From an uncultured Candidatus Saccharibacteria bacterium (GTDB lineage: Bacteria > Patescibacteriota > Minisyncoccia > Phycocordibacterales > PALSA-1337), in NCBI GenBank assembly GCA_964600255.1, contig CAZRIX010000003.1, positions 6,476 through 70,475 on the forward strand: a DNA stretch of 64,000 nucleotides, read 5' to 3'. Below the pieces are notes generated by a model. The model saw nothing but the letters and a program-made list of their open reading frames with translations, did no database searches and was not told the origin of the DNA. This document shows positions 37,986-48,400 of this stretch, one piece after another (the first letter of the stretch is position 1; each line of letters begins with the position of its first letter). The translations under genes were made by a program, and so were the position numbers.

Positions 37986-38464
37986 TTCTTCTTGCCTGAT
38001 GGGGCATAGTCAGCGACAAATGAATGTTCCCACATATCAAGAGCGAGGATTAATGAACAATCTTGCAACTGACTTATGTGTTGTTCTTCCACCCAAGTAC
38101 TGATCAAAGTTTGATCTTTGCGATCATAATAGAGCATGGCCCATCCTATACCTCTTGTAAGAGACATAGCCTTGAAGTTTGTAAGCCAGGCATCAAATGA
38201 TCCAAAGTCAGCCGTGATTTGAGCTTTTAGTTTACTTGAATCTGCTAACTGATTGGCTCCTCCTTCTAGACTCGCAAAATACACTTCATGATTCCTCATT
38301 CCATTATATTCAAAACCTAATCTACGGATGTCTTGTTTACCATCGAGAGTTTCATTCAAATTCTTTACATATCCTGCATATAGCTTCAAATGCTCTTCAA
38401 TAGTTTTAGCTGAAATTCCTTTTAGAGTTGGTATATTAAATTTTATTTCATTGAATTTTTTCAT
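37913..38464 (-). CDS. sodA: Fe/Mn superoxide dismutase.
   Basis: C-terminal 'DMWEHSFVADY' (DxWEH motif). N-terminal helical-hairpin His ('HLKLYAGYV') and 'NHEVYF'. Confidence 0.8.
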   Translation of the reverse strand: MKKFNEIKFNIPTLKGISAKTIEEHLKLYAGYVKNLNETLDGKQDIRRLGFEYNGMRNHEVYFASLEGGANQLADSSKLKAQITADFGSFDAWLTNFKAMSLTRGIGWAMLYYDRKDQTLISTWVEEQHISQLQDCSLILALDMWEHSFVADYAPSGKKNYVEDFFLNLNWSKIEENFVNATK

Positions 38465-38478
38465 AAATACATTCTATC

Positions 38479-39243
38479 ATGAAACATAAACTTAGATTTT
38501 ATACATTACTATTTGTGTCGATCGTTGCGATAGTTATGGTATTCGCCTATGTATATAGATGGGAGCACAGGGAAGCGAGGCTTGAAGTTAATTTCTTTAG
38601 TCTGAAAAGAGGCAGAGCAATATTTGTTCGAACACCTGCAAACAAAACAATATTGGTGGGTGGAGGTCAGAGCTCAGAGGTCATTCGCGAGATCACTAAA
38701 GCTACACCGTTCTATAGTAGAAAAATAGATTATGTATTCATCCCAAGTGCTACTCCGGCGCAAATCGGCGGTTTGATAGAGGTCATCGATAGGTATGAGG
38801 TGGGAGAGGTATTCATTCCTGAACTTATAGCTACAAGTACAGTTCTGGAAAAGCTGATGAGGAAAGTTATCAATAAGAAGATACATGTAAGCCACCTTGG
38901 AAAGGGTGATGAACTACAGTTGGGAGGTGTAGATATAAAAATCCTGTTTCCAATTAAAGACTTTAAGTACAATAAAACTAGTTTGCCGGAGCTTGGTATG
39001 GAAGTGGTATATAAAGATACGAGATTGTTTTTGATGGGGAATCTGTCAAAAACAACTCAGAAGAAGATTACTGAAACAATGAAGATAGAAGAGTCTGAAA
39101 ATCTGGTGGAGTTTTACCATAGCGCTAGTAAAGCCAAAGTATCAGCGGAGCTTCTAGAAAAGACTAATCCAAAGTATGTTTTCTCCACAAAAGAAAAATC
39201 CACCAGATGGGTTTCTGATGGATTTTCCTGGGATAAGATTTGA
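38479..39243 (+). CDS. ComEC-type metallo-beta-lactamase-fold domain protein with a degenerate metal-binding motif. It is separated from the ComEC channel gene by sod.
   Basis: 'LEVNFFSLKRGRAIFVRTPANKTILVGGG' matches the ComEC MBL opening strand. The expected 'HxHxDH' is replaced by 'SATPAQ' in 'IPSATPAQIGG'. Confidence 0.55.
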   Translation: MKHKLRFYTLLFVSIVAIVMVFAYVYRWEHREARLEVNFFSLKRGRAIFVRTPANKTILVGGGQSSEVIREITKATPFYSRKIDYVFIPSATPAQIGGLIEVIDRYEVGEVFIPELIATSTVLEKLMRKVINKKIHVSHLGKGDELQLGGVDIKILFPIKDFKYNKTSLPELGMEVVYKDTRLFLMGNLSKTTQKKITETMKIEESENLVEFYHSASKAKVSAELLEKTNPKYVFSTKEKSTRWVSDGFSWDKI

Positions 39244-39246
39244 GTC

Positions 39247-39489
39247 TTATATAATCCCTGCTTTCTTTAGAGTGGCGAATGCGCCTCTTTTCTGGATTGT
39301 CTTTAGACCTCTTGTTGAGATAGTTAGGTTAAAAGACTTCTTTAATTCTGGTACGTAAATCTTCTTCTTCTGTAGGTTTGGATACTTGCGAACCATTCCT
39401 GTTGGGTTGAATTGAGTAGCACGAGTAGCGTTAGAATAGCCACCTGCCACCATTGAACCTCTCTTTGTTATTGCGCATACTTTAGCCAT
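39247..39489 (-). CDS. rpmB: 50S ribosomal protein L28.
   Basis: 'MAKVCAITKRG...GYSNATRATQ...MVRKY' matches L28. Start placed at the internal Met of the longer ORF. Confidence 0.7.
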   Translation of the reverse strand: MAKVCAITKRGSMVAGGYSNATRATQFNPTGMVRKYPNLQKKKIYVPELKKSFNLTISTRGLKTIQKRGAFATLKKAGII

Positions 39490-39531
39490 AGTGTTTAACA
39501 TGCTATCATAATAAATATATAACGCAAGTAC

Positions 39532-40146
39532 ATGATAGACCAAATAACAATATTTCAAATATTAATCCTAGTTATGTCAGTGGTAATACACGAGCTTTCT
39601 CATGGCTATGTAGCTGACATGTTGGGAGATCCTACCCCTAGAATACAAGGTAGATTAACACTAAATCCATTCAAACACCTAGATCTAGTGGGTTCATTTA
39701 TCGTACCACTTACAACTTATATGCTCGGCGGTTTCGCATTTGGTTGGGCCAAGCCAGTTCAGTGGAATCCATATAATGTAAAGAATAAAAGAACAGGGGA
39801 GTTACTCATATCGATAGCAGGGCCACTATCCAATATCACAATCGCTTTAGTTTTTGGGATGATATTGAGATTCTTTGCAGAATCTTTACCAATACCATTT
39901 GTTCAGATATCAGCATATATAGTTGTGATCAACCTCGTTCTGGCTATATTCAATATGGTGCCAGTGCCACCACTTGATGGCTCTAAGGTATTGTTTTCAA
40001 TCTTGCCGGTCAAATATATAGGTATACGTGAGACTATGGAAAGATACTCAGTAGTGCTGTTTGTGTTTATGATATTTTTTCTCTGGGGATTCGTGGAGCC
40101 TATAGTGCCTTTGGTATTTAAGTTGATTACGGGGTTGGGTATTTAG
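39532..40146 (+). CDS. Membrane Zn-metalloprotease, site-2-protease (M50)-like.
   Basis: HExxH ('VVIHELSHGYVA') inside a TM helix, five or more TM segments, and 'PPLDGSK' (the LDG motif of S2P). Confidence 0.65.
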   Translation: MIDQITIFQILILVMSVVIHELSHGYVADMLGDPTPRIQGRLTLNPFKHLDLVGSFIVPLTTYMLGGFAFGWAKPVQWNPYNVKNKRTGELLISIAGPLSNITIALVFGMILRFFAESLPIPFVQISAYIVVINLVLAIFNMVPVPPLDGSKVLFSILPVKYIGIRETMERYSVVLFVFMIFFLWGFVEPIVPLVFKLITGLGI

Positions 40147-40336
40147 TTAATGTAGGGGTTTGCTGTTTTTATTTGCCTTTTCCTTCTAATGTGATAGAGT
40201 ACTTTCACGTCCAAAAACGGCAAAGGGGTGAGTAACCGCTTGGTGAAAACAATCAACCCAATGTGATCAATCGCAAGAAAGATATAGTTTTGGAGATTTA
40301 TTAAGTGCCCTAAGGTCATTTGACCAAATATTAAGA

Positions 40337-40756
40337 ATGCCAACAATCAATCAATTGATTCGTAAGAATCGCAAGAGATTTATTAGAAAGCCAAAGTCAA
40401 TCGCTTTGACTAGAAGTTTTAATAGTATTGAGAACCGTCCAAGTTACCTAGCATCTCCATTCAAGAGAGGTGTATGTATTAAGGTTACAACAAAGACACC
40501 TAAGAAGCCTAACTCAGCTGTTCGTAAGATCGCCCGCGTTAGACTATCAAATGGTCTTGAAGTTACTGCTTACATCCCAGGAGAAGGACATAATCTACAG
40601 GAACACTCAGTGGTTCTACTAAGAGGAGGACGTGTAAAGGACGTAGGTCTACGTTATACAGTTGTTCGTGGAGTTCTAGATGCAGCTGGAGTAGAGAAGA
40701 GACGCAAGGGTCGAAGTCAATACGGTAACAAGAAGCCAAAGGCAGCAAAGGTCTAA
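40337..40756 (+). CDS. rpsL: 30S ribosomal protein S12.
   Basis: '[10 protein letters not shown]', 'PKKPNSA', '[11 protein letters not shown]'. Confidence 0.95.
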   Translation: MPTINQLIRKNRKRFIRKPKSIALTRSFNSIENRPSYLASPFKRGVCIKVTTKTPKKPNSAVRKIARVRLSNGLEVTAYIPGEGHNLQEHSVVLLRGGRVKDVGLRYTVVRGVLDAAGVEKRRKGRSQYGNKKPKAAKV

Positions 40757-40782
40757 CCTATTAACATCAATAATATAAAAAT

Positions 40783-41253
40783 ATGAGAAGAAGAATAAAG
40801 AATAAGCATGTACTTAAGCCTGAACCAGTATTCGAAAGTGTAAAGGTTTCTAAGCTTATAAACTATGTTATGGACTCAGGAAAGAAGAGTACAGCTCGCA
40901 AGGTAGTTTATGATTGTTTTGATGTTATCAAGGAAAAGACAAAGACAGAAACTCCACTAGAAGTTTTTGAGACAGCTTTGAAGAATACTATGCCAGCTAT
41001 GGAAGTACGTGCAAGACGTGTTGGAGGTGCTAACTATCAGGTTCCTCGTGAAGTTCGCCCAGAGAGACAGCGTGCACTATCTATGAAGTGGATCGTATTG
41101 GCAGCTCGCTCAAAGAAGGGAAAGCCAATGGCCGAGAAACTTGCTGATGAGATTATCGCTGCTTCAAAGAATGAAGGAGAGGCAGTTAAGAAGCGTGAGA
41201 ACACACACAAGATGGCAGAAGCCAACAAGGCCTTCGCTCACTTTGCTTGGTAA
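40783..41253 (+). CDS. rpsG: 30S ribosomal protein S7.
   Basis: 156 aa. 'ARKVVYDCFDVI', 'VRARRVGGANYQVP'. Confidence 0.95.
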   Translation: MRRRIKNKHVLKPEPVFESVKVSKLINYVMDSGKKSTARKVVYDCFDVIKEKTKTETPLEVFETALKNTMPAMEVRARRVGGANYQVPREVRPERQRALSMKWIVLAARSKKGKPMAEKLADEIIAASKNEGEAVKKRENTHKMAEANKAFAHFAW

Positions 41254-41271
41254 TCTACTACGTTTACTTAT

Positions 41272-41305
41272 AAAAGAAGCACCCGAAAGGGTGTTTTCTT
41301 TTTAT
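41272..41305 (+). terminator. Intrinsic terminator after rpsG.
   Basis: AGCACCCgaaaGGGTGTTttctttttatt: 7-bp stem, GAAA tetraloop, T-run. Confidence 0.7.
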
Positions 41306-41355
41306 TATCTAAAATGATAAAGTTATAGGATTATTTCTTAATTTCATAAATAAAT

Positions 41356-43143
41356 ATGAAGAAAAATGAATCATTGCATGAATTGCTAGGTGGTTTGAAG
41401 AAATCCATTTCACGTGCACTGAATCATAAGAGGTTGTTTCTAATGGTGATTTTCTTGAGCATTCTTACTGCTGTACTCTCTCCGGTCAACCAGTTAATTT
41501 GGTCAAAAGTAATCGATGGCATTACTTACAATTTGGCGGATCAAATAGGTGTGTTTGGATATGTTTTCCCAAGTATATTTGCAACTGTTGCGTTGTATGT
41601 AATTTTCCTTACCGTCACCGCTGGACTTGAGAGATATATGTATGTGGTGAATGCAGAGCTTAGAGAGGTTTTGAGGGTAACATACCTAGCTGATCTGGCA
41701 TATCACATCTTCAGACTTCCGCTATCGGTAACTAGGTCCATTAAACATGGAGAGTTTACAGAAAGTAGTCGAAAGGCTTCATCCGGTCTAGCTGAGCTTA
41801 TATCCAACTACGTGGTTACTACTGGTTCAGATATGCTAAGTGCTGTAATAGCAGTAGGGATTATATTTTATAACAATCAACTTATAGGTGCGGTAACGGT
41901 TGTTGGTATACTAGTAGCAATATTGGTTTCAACAAGAGATTCAGATAAAATACTGAAGCTTGAGAAACAGAGTCTCGCTAACTATAAAAAGGCCGGAGGA
42001 TTTTATGATGATTCTATTGTAAATATTAAAAACATTAAAGACACTGCATATGAGGGTATTACATATAAGTCATTGTTAGAACATTGGCTTAAAAACGCAT
42101 TTCCGTTATGGCTAAAACTCCAAACGTTCAAGAGAGTAAGTTCGTACAAAGTATATCTCATCACACAAGTAGTAAGAGCAACCGTGCTTTCGTACTCGGT
42201 GTATTTGATCATAGAAGGGCAGTTCACACTTGGTATTTTAATACTCTTGAATAGCTTTGTCCGTGACTGTATAGATCCATTTATAAGTTTACTTAATAAT
42301 TGGAGAGAAATTCAAACAAGAATTATAAGTATAAATGAATCGGAACACCTACTATCTTTAGCTCCAGAGAAATACAATGAAGGCTCAGGATTCCAGTTTA
42401 AAAATGGTGATATAAATTTTGAAAGCGTAACTTTCTCACACCAAGGTAATTCACAGGAGACGTTAAACAATGTGAGTTTTGATATTAAGAATGGTGAAAA
42501 GGTTGCGATAGTGGGAGAGTCTGGTGTAGGTAAGACAACAATAATCGATATTATATTGGGTTACCATAACCTAAATAGCGGCAAGTTACTTATAGATGGA
42601 AAGCCTCTGACTGATCATGATCTGAATTTCTTACGTACAAATACAGCTCTAGTTCCACAAGATACGGTGCTATTTAACGATACGGTTAAGAATAATATTT
42701 TGTTTGGAACAAAGACCGAGGTATCAGAAGAACAATTACAGAAAATAGCCAAGGATTCTCATTGCCTAGATTTTATTAATAAATTTGATTTGAAATGGGA
42801 TCAATTGGTGGGAGACAGAGGAATAAAGCTTTCTGGTGGCCAAAGACAGAGAATTGCTATTGCACGTGCAATGCTTAGAAGTCCAAAGATATTGATTCTC
42901 GATGAACCAACTTCTGCATTAGATGCTGGTACTGAGAAGATTATTACAGAATCACTAGAGAGACTAATGGAAGGTAGGACCACAATAATCATCGCCCATC
43001 GTCTATCGACAGTTCGAAAGGCAGATAAAATAATTGTGTTGAAGAACGGCCAGGTGGTTGAGGTTGGTACACATATAGAGCTATTGAAAATAGAAGGCGG
43101 GGAATACAAGAGACTACATGATTTACAGATAGGACTGGCCTAG
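41356..43143 (+). CDS. ABC transporter fused permease and ATP-binding protein (MsbA/lipid A-type exporter family).
   Basis: Six N-terminal TM helices. Walker A 'GESGVGKTT', signature 'LSGGQRQRIAIARAM', Walker B 'ILILDEPTSALD'. Confidence 0.85.
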   Translation: MKKNESLHELLGGLKKSISRALNHKRLFLMVIFLSILTAVLSPVNQLIWSKVIDGITYNLADQIGVFGYVFPSIFATVALYVIFLTVTAGLERYMYVVNAELREVLRVTYLADLAYHIFRLPLSVTRSIKHGEFTESSRKASSGLAELISNYVVTTGSDMLSAVIAVGIIFYNNQLIGAVTVVGILVAILVSTRDSDKILKLEKQSLANYKKAGGFYDDSIVNIKNIKDTAYEGITYKSLLEHWLKNAFPLWLKLQTFKRVSSYKVYLITQVVRATVLSYSVYLIIEGQFTLGILILLNSFVRDCIDPFISLLNNWREIQTRIISINESEHLLSLAPEKYNEGSGFQFKNGDINFESVTFSHQGNSQETLNNVSFDIKNGEKVAIVGESGVGKTTIIDIILGYHNLNSGKLLIDGKPLTDHDLNFLRTNTALVPQDTVLFNDTVKNNILFGTKTEVSEEQLQKIAKDSHCLDFINKFDLKWDQLVGDRGIKLSGGQRQRIAIARAMLRSPKILILDEPTSALDAGTEKIITESLERLMEGRTTIIIAHRLSTVRKADKIIVLKNGQVVEVGTHIELLKIEGGEYKRLHDLQIGLA

Positions 43144-43247
43144 ATTTCTTATATATTCAATCTCCGGTACTAATCCCTTTGCTTTTTACCTTATTTTAGG
43201 GTAATCTAAACTTCTATATTAGTTCAATTTATTCATTAATTTAATTT

Positions 43248-45392
43248 ATGCAAAGAGACTACCCATTAGAGAAAGTTCGTAATTTCGGTATCATTGCCCA
43301 CATTGATGCTGGTAAAACAACAACATCAGAGAGAATCCTTTATTACACAGGAATGATTCACAAGATCGGAGAGGTGCACGATGGTGCAACTACTACTGAC
43401 TGGATGGAACAGGAAAGAGAGCGTGGTATTACTATTACTGCGGCTGCTATTACTTGTTTCTGGAATCCGTCTTACATGCCAAAGACAGATACTTCAAAGA
43501 AGGTTCGCTTTAATGTTATCGACACACCAGGACACATCGACTTTACCGTAGAGGTGAAGCGTTCTCTCCGTGTTCTAGACGGTGCAGTTGTGGTTTTTGA
43601 CGGTGTTGCTGGGGTAGAGCCACAGTCTGAAACAAACTGGAGATATGCCGATGAGAGTAATGTGCCTCGTCTTTGCTTTATTAACAAGATGGATAGAATG
43701 GGAGCGTCTTTTGAGAGATCATACCAGTCAATTCTAGATAGACTAAACAAGAAAGCAGTTAGATTCCAAATTCCAATCGGAACAGAAGGAGATCACAATG
43801 GTGTTATCGACCTTTTGAAAATGAAGGCCTATTACTTTGAGGGAGAGAAGGGTATAAATATTATAGAAAAGGAAATCCCAGCTGAGTTCATGGATGATGC
43901 CAAGAAGTATCATGCAGAGCTTATCGAAAAGGCGGTTGAACACAACGATGTTTTGATGCAACAGTATCTAGATGGTAAAGAGATTCCAGTAGAAACAATC
44001 AAGGCTGAGGTTAGAAAGCTTGTTATTGAGAACAAAATGTTCCCAGTATTTACAGGTTCAGCCCTAAAGAACGTTGGAGTTCAGCTAGTTCTAGATGCAG
44101 TGGTTGACTACCTTCCAGCTCCTACAGATATCAAGGCTGTTAAGGGAACTGATCCTAATACAGGAGAAGAAATCTTCCGCGGTCCTTCAGATGAAGAGCC
44201 ATTTGCAGCTCTAGCTTTCAAACTACAGAACGATCCATTCGTAGGTCAGCTAACATTCTTCCGAGTATATTCTGGAACAATAGAGTCTGGAACATATATC
44301 TACAACTCAAGTACAGGCAAGAAGGAGAGACTAGGTCGTATCGTTCGTCTACAGGCTGACAAGCGTGAAGAAGTAAAGAAAGTTTATGCCGGTGAAATTG
44401 CCGCAGCTGTAGGTCTGAAAGATGCTCTTACATCTCACACTTTCTGTGATGAGAATAAGCCAATCGTTCTTGAAACAATCAAATTCTTGGAACCAGTGGT
44501 GTCTCTACGTGTTGAACCAAAGACAAAGGCTGACCAGGAGAAAATGGGTATGGCACTCAAGAAGCTTGCAAACGAAGATCCAACATTCAAGATTTCTTCA
44601 AATAGTGAGACAGGAGAAACAATCATCTCAGGTATGGGCGAGCTACACCTAGACATCATGGTTGATCGTATGAAGCGTGAATTCGGAGTTGAAACAACAG
44701 TAGGTAAGCCACAGGTAGCCTACCGTGAGACAATCCTTGGTACAGCTGAAGCTGAACACAAGTATATCAAGCAGTCTGGAGGTAAGGGTCAATACGGTCA
44801 CGTAAAGATCAACATCAAGCCTATGGAGAAGCTTGAACCAGGTGCAAAGGTTCCAAAGAATATTAGTCGTTACGATGATTTCGAATTCATCGACTCAATC
44901 AAGGGAGGTGTTATTCCAAATGAATTCATTCCAGCAGTTGAGAAGGGTGTTCATGAGGCTATGGATCGTGGAGTTGTTGCTGGATTTAGAATGGTAAACG
45001 TCAGTTGTGAACTTACATTTGGTTCATACCACGATGTGGACTCATCTGAAATCGCCTACAAGATCGCTGGATCTCAGGCATTCCAGGAAGCAGCAAAGCG
45101 TGCAAAGCCAGTTATCCTTGAACCTATCATGAAGCTTGAAGTTCTTTTCCCAGACAAGTTCATGGGAGACGTAACAGGAAGTATTTCATCAAAGAGAGGA
45201 ACAATTGAGGAAATGACAGAGAGAGGACAGGCAAAAGTTCTACACGCTATGGTACCTCTATCAGAAATGTTCGGATACACAACACAATTGCGTTCAATGA
45301 CTTCAGGTCAGGGAAGCGCAACAATGGAATTCGATCACTACGAGGTAGTTCCAAAGAACGTAGAGGCTTCAATCGTTGAAGCAAGGAAGTAA
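43248..45392 (+). CDS. fusA: Elongation factor G.
   Basis: 'AHIDAGKTTT', 'DTPGHIDF', 'NKMDR'. 714 aa. Confidence 0.95.
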   Translation: MQRDYPLEKVRNFGIIAHIDAGKTTTSERILYYTGMIHKIGEVHDGATTTDWMEQERERGITITAAAITCFWNPSYMPKTDTSKKVRFNVIDTPGHIDFTVEVKRSLRVLDGAVVVFDGVAGVEPQSETNWRYADESNVPRLCFINKMDRMGASFERSYQSILDRLNKKAVRFQIPIGTEGDHNGVIDLLKMKAYYFEGEKGINIIEKEIPAEFMDDAKKYHAELIEKAVEHNDVLMQQYLDGKEIPVETIKAEVRKLVIENKMFPVFTGSALKNVGVQLVLDAVVDYLPAPTDIKAVKGTDPNTGEEIFRGPSDEEPFAALAFKLQNDPFVGQLTFFRVYSGTIESGTYIYNSSTGKKERLGRIVRLQADKREEVKKVYAGEIAAAVGLKDALTSHTFCDENKPIVLETIKFLEPVVSLRVEPKTKADQEKMGMALKKLANEDPTFKISSNSETGETIISGMGELHLDIMVDRMKREFGVETTVGKPQVAYRETILGTAEAEHKYIKQSGGKGQYGHVKINIKPMEKLEPGAKVPKNISRYDDFEFIDSIKGGVIPNEFIPAVEKGVHEAMDRGVVAGFRMVNVSCELTFGSYHDVDSSEIAYKIAGSQAFQEAAKRAKPVILEPIMKLEVLFPDKFMGDVTGSISSKRGTIEEMTERGQAKVLHAMVPLSEMFGYTTQLRSMTSGQGSATMEFDHYEVVPKNVEASIVEARK

Positions 45393-45419
45393 GTGTTCAT
45401 AAGTTAATTATATTATTGC

Positions 45420-45456
45420 AAAAAGGACTGGTATACTTATCCCAGTCCTTTTTGTA
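45420..45456 (+). terminator. Intrinsic terminator after fusA.
   Basis: aaaaGGACTGGtatacttatcCCAGTCCtttttg. Confidence 0.75.
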
Positions 45457-45479
45457 TTGATTATTATTTAAAACTTATT

Positions 45480-48400
45480 ATGAATAAATTTATTAAAGCC
45501 ATCAGTCTATTATCATTTGTCCTAGTATTTTGCGTTACATTTTTTGCTCAGAATACTAACGCTCAATCTAGTTATTTAAATACTGGAGTAACTATTAATA
45601 AGGCTACAGATCTAAACCCTACTACTTTTGCTGGAACTAGATATATTCCTTATAATACAAATCCAAATATATCTCCTTTCTCCCTCACGTTAAATTTTAG
45701 TGGTGGACCTGTTTCCGGCAGTGATTTAAACATGGATGTATATATAGTGCTAAAAAAGGCAGACGGTACGATGACAAAGGTTGCTACTTTCAACTATAAT
45801 GAAAACGCTTGTACCAGAAGATGTTACGATCAAACCATTCCCACACCTACATCTAAGTGGGGCAGTAGTACCAAGATTCCTTTGTGGCAAACCATTAAGA
45901 TACCAAACGAGGCTGAACCAGGAAACTATTCTATACGAGTTGCATTTCGTAGAGGAAACACTTATGCAAAAATGCTTCCTGGGCCTGGTGTAGTTGAATA
46001 CAATGACTCAATCCTTGAATCAGGAGTCATACCATCTTATGAGGTTGGAACATTTGCAGTTGTTGTGCCATGTACAAAAAATATTGATAGTCATTATACA
46101 TTCAATACGAACTCAAATTATGCAGTGAATGGATTCAGTGGACCAGAAGTTGTAATTCTTCAAAATGTTCTCAAGTCAATGGGATTCTATGAACGTGGCA
46201 TTAATGGATCATATGATTCTTATACAGCAACTGCAGCGAAGAAATTTCAAAAAAGTATAGGAGTACCTGAAACAGGAATAGGTTTTCTGCCCAGTCTAAA
46301 TGACTACTGTGATTCACAGGTTAAACCTGTAATTACACGAATTACAAAGACAAATGCTGATGGTAGTGTTGTAGAGGCAAAAAGTGCATATTACGGTCAG
46401 ATAATAACTATTGAGGGAAGAAACTTTTTTACAGGATCAAACAATAGCTACAAGGGAGGAGCCCTGTCATTGGTAGAGTTTGGACCTTATAATGCATACT
46501 CAGTACCAATATCTGTAGAACCAAATAAAATTGTGGCCAGAGCACGAAGTACACAATACTCTGATGACAGCTACATTATGATAGATAATCGTGGGGTAAA
46601 ATCAGAAAGAATTCCATTTAGAGTAGGAGGAGGTAGTTATGTATTTGGTGAACCAGAGATAACCAAAATTAATGGAAAACCTGCACGGTATGATGCTACA
46701 CCACCTGTTGTTAAATTGGGTGAGATATTAAAATTGGAAGGTGTAGATTTTAACCTTGGTGATATTGCAAAAGCTACATTTACCGGACCTGTCTCAGAAG
46801 TAGTTCCAGTCACAGATGTAACAAATACAAGTGCTTATGTGAAGGTGCCACTTTCTCTAAGTAAAGCGCAAGTTTTTTCTATTCGTTTCATGAATGCAGC
46901 AGGGGAGAGCAAGGGTAATTCAGTGTCCGTACGTATCGCGGGAAATATTGATCCCGCTATCACATTCATCACTCCAGATAGTTTATTCCCCGGAGAAGAA
47001 ATTAAGGCGATAGGTACTGATTTTTCTGGTAATCTGAAGATGTATCTTACAAAAGGTAGTGATAGTGTAATATTGCCTAGTATTCCTACACCAAGTGACG
47101 CAAACTATGTTTTAAGATATAAGATACCATCTGATATCGCGAGTGGTGAATATAGTGTGTCATTAAGGACAGGAAACGGAATCGAAGATAATAAGAGCAA
47201 TTCTGTGCCTTTGATAGTTAAATATAATGACACGGTTGCGCCCTCAGCTCCATCAAAACCAGTGTCTACTCGAATAAATTCAGATTCTATTAGACTGGAT
47301 TGGACCGCTTCTACCGATAATGTTGGAGTGCTTGGTTATGATGTTTATAGGGGTGGTGCAAGATTGCCAAGAGTTGGTACAAACAGTATTGTATTAGATA
47401 AAATTAATCAGACAGTACCCGAGAAGTTTAGTGTGGTTGCTGTCGATGCGGCTGGAAATTATTCCCCATCATCACCATACCTAGAAATAAATTTGCCACC
47501 AGCTCCTGTTTTGATTTCGGTAACACCGAATTCTACTAAAAAGTTTCAATACATTACTGTTAAGGGAACTAATCTAGCAACTGTACGTCCTGATTACGCT
47601 GCCATGGGAGATCTTTCTATAGTGTTACCAAACTCTTCAAACATAAAATTGCCAGTACTACCACCATACTCTTCTAATTATACCGAGATTTATACCGTAA
47701 TACCGGATTTACCTCCTGGTGAGTATGGACTGAGAATTAGTACATACACTGGAACATCTAATACATTAAAATTTACTATATTACCTGAAGTTTCTAGTGT
47801 GCCAACTGTAGTACGTCAAGCTCCTGTAATTACATCTATTACACCTGGTAAGCTTAAGTCTGGAGAAAAGCTGGTTATCACGGGTAAGAATTTTCTTAGT
47901 GATGGAGTCTCTGCCGCTACAGAAGTATCAGACGTAATCCTTACAAACTCAAGTAATGTGACCGTAGCAAGAGCAACTATACTTTCACAGTCAAATACTA
48001 GAGTAGAGGTACAAATACCATCCAATCTACAGGGTCTGTACAATGTCGTGATCGTCACTGTAGGGTCAGGAAAAAGTAATCCATGGACGGTCGTGGTTGA
48101 GCCTACCACCACCCAGGCGCCAGCTACTCCCGTCACTCCACCAGTAGCTCCAACCAGAACTCCAGCACCAGTAATTAACTCTGTTTTACCTCTAGGTGCT
48201 AGGGCAGGAGATACAGTAACTCTATACGGATCAAATTTCACAGGAGTAATATCTGACCTAATATCTATATCAGACTCAAGGGGTTCTATAAGTCCAGAAG
48301 TAATGTATTCTGCATCAGCAAGTTCTGTAACATTCAAGATGCCAAATCTACCTGCAGGTACATATTATGTAGAATTAACTGCAAATAGTGGTACATCAAA

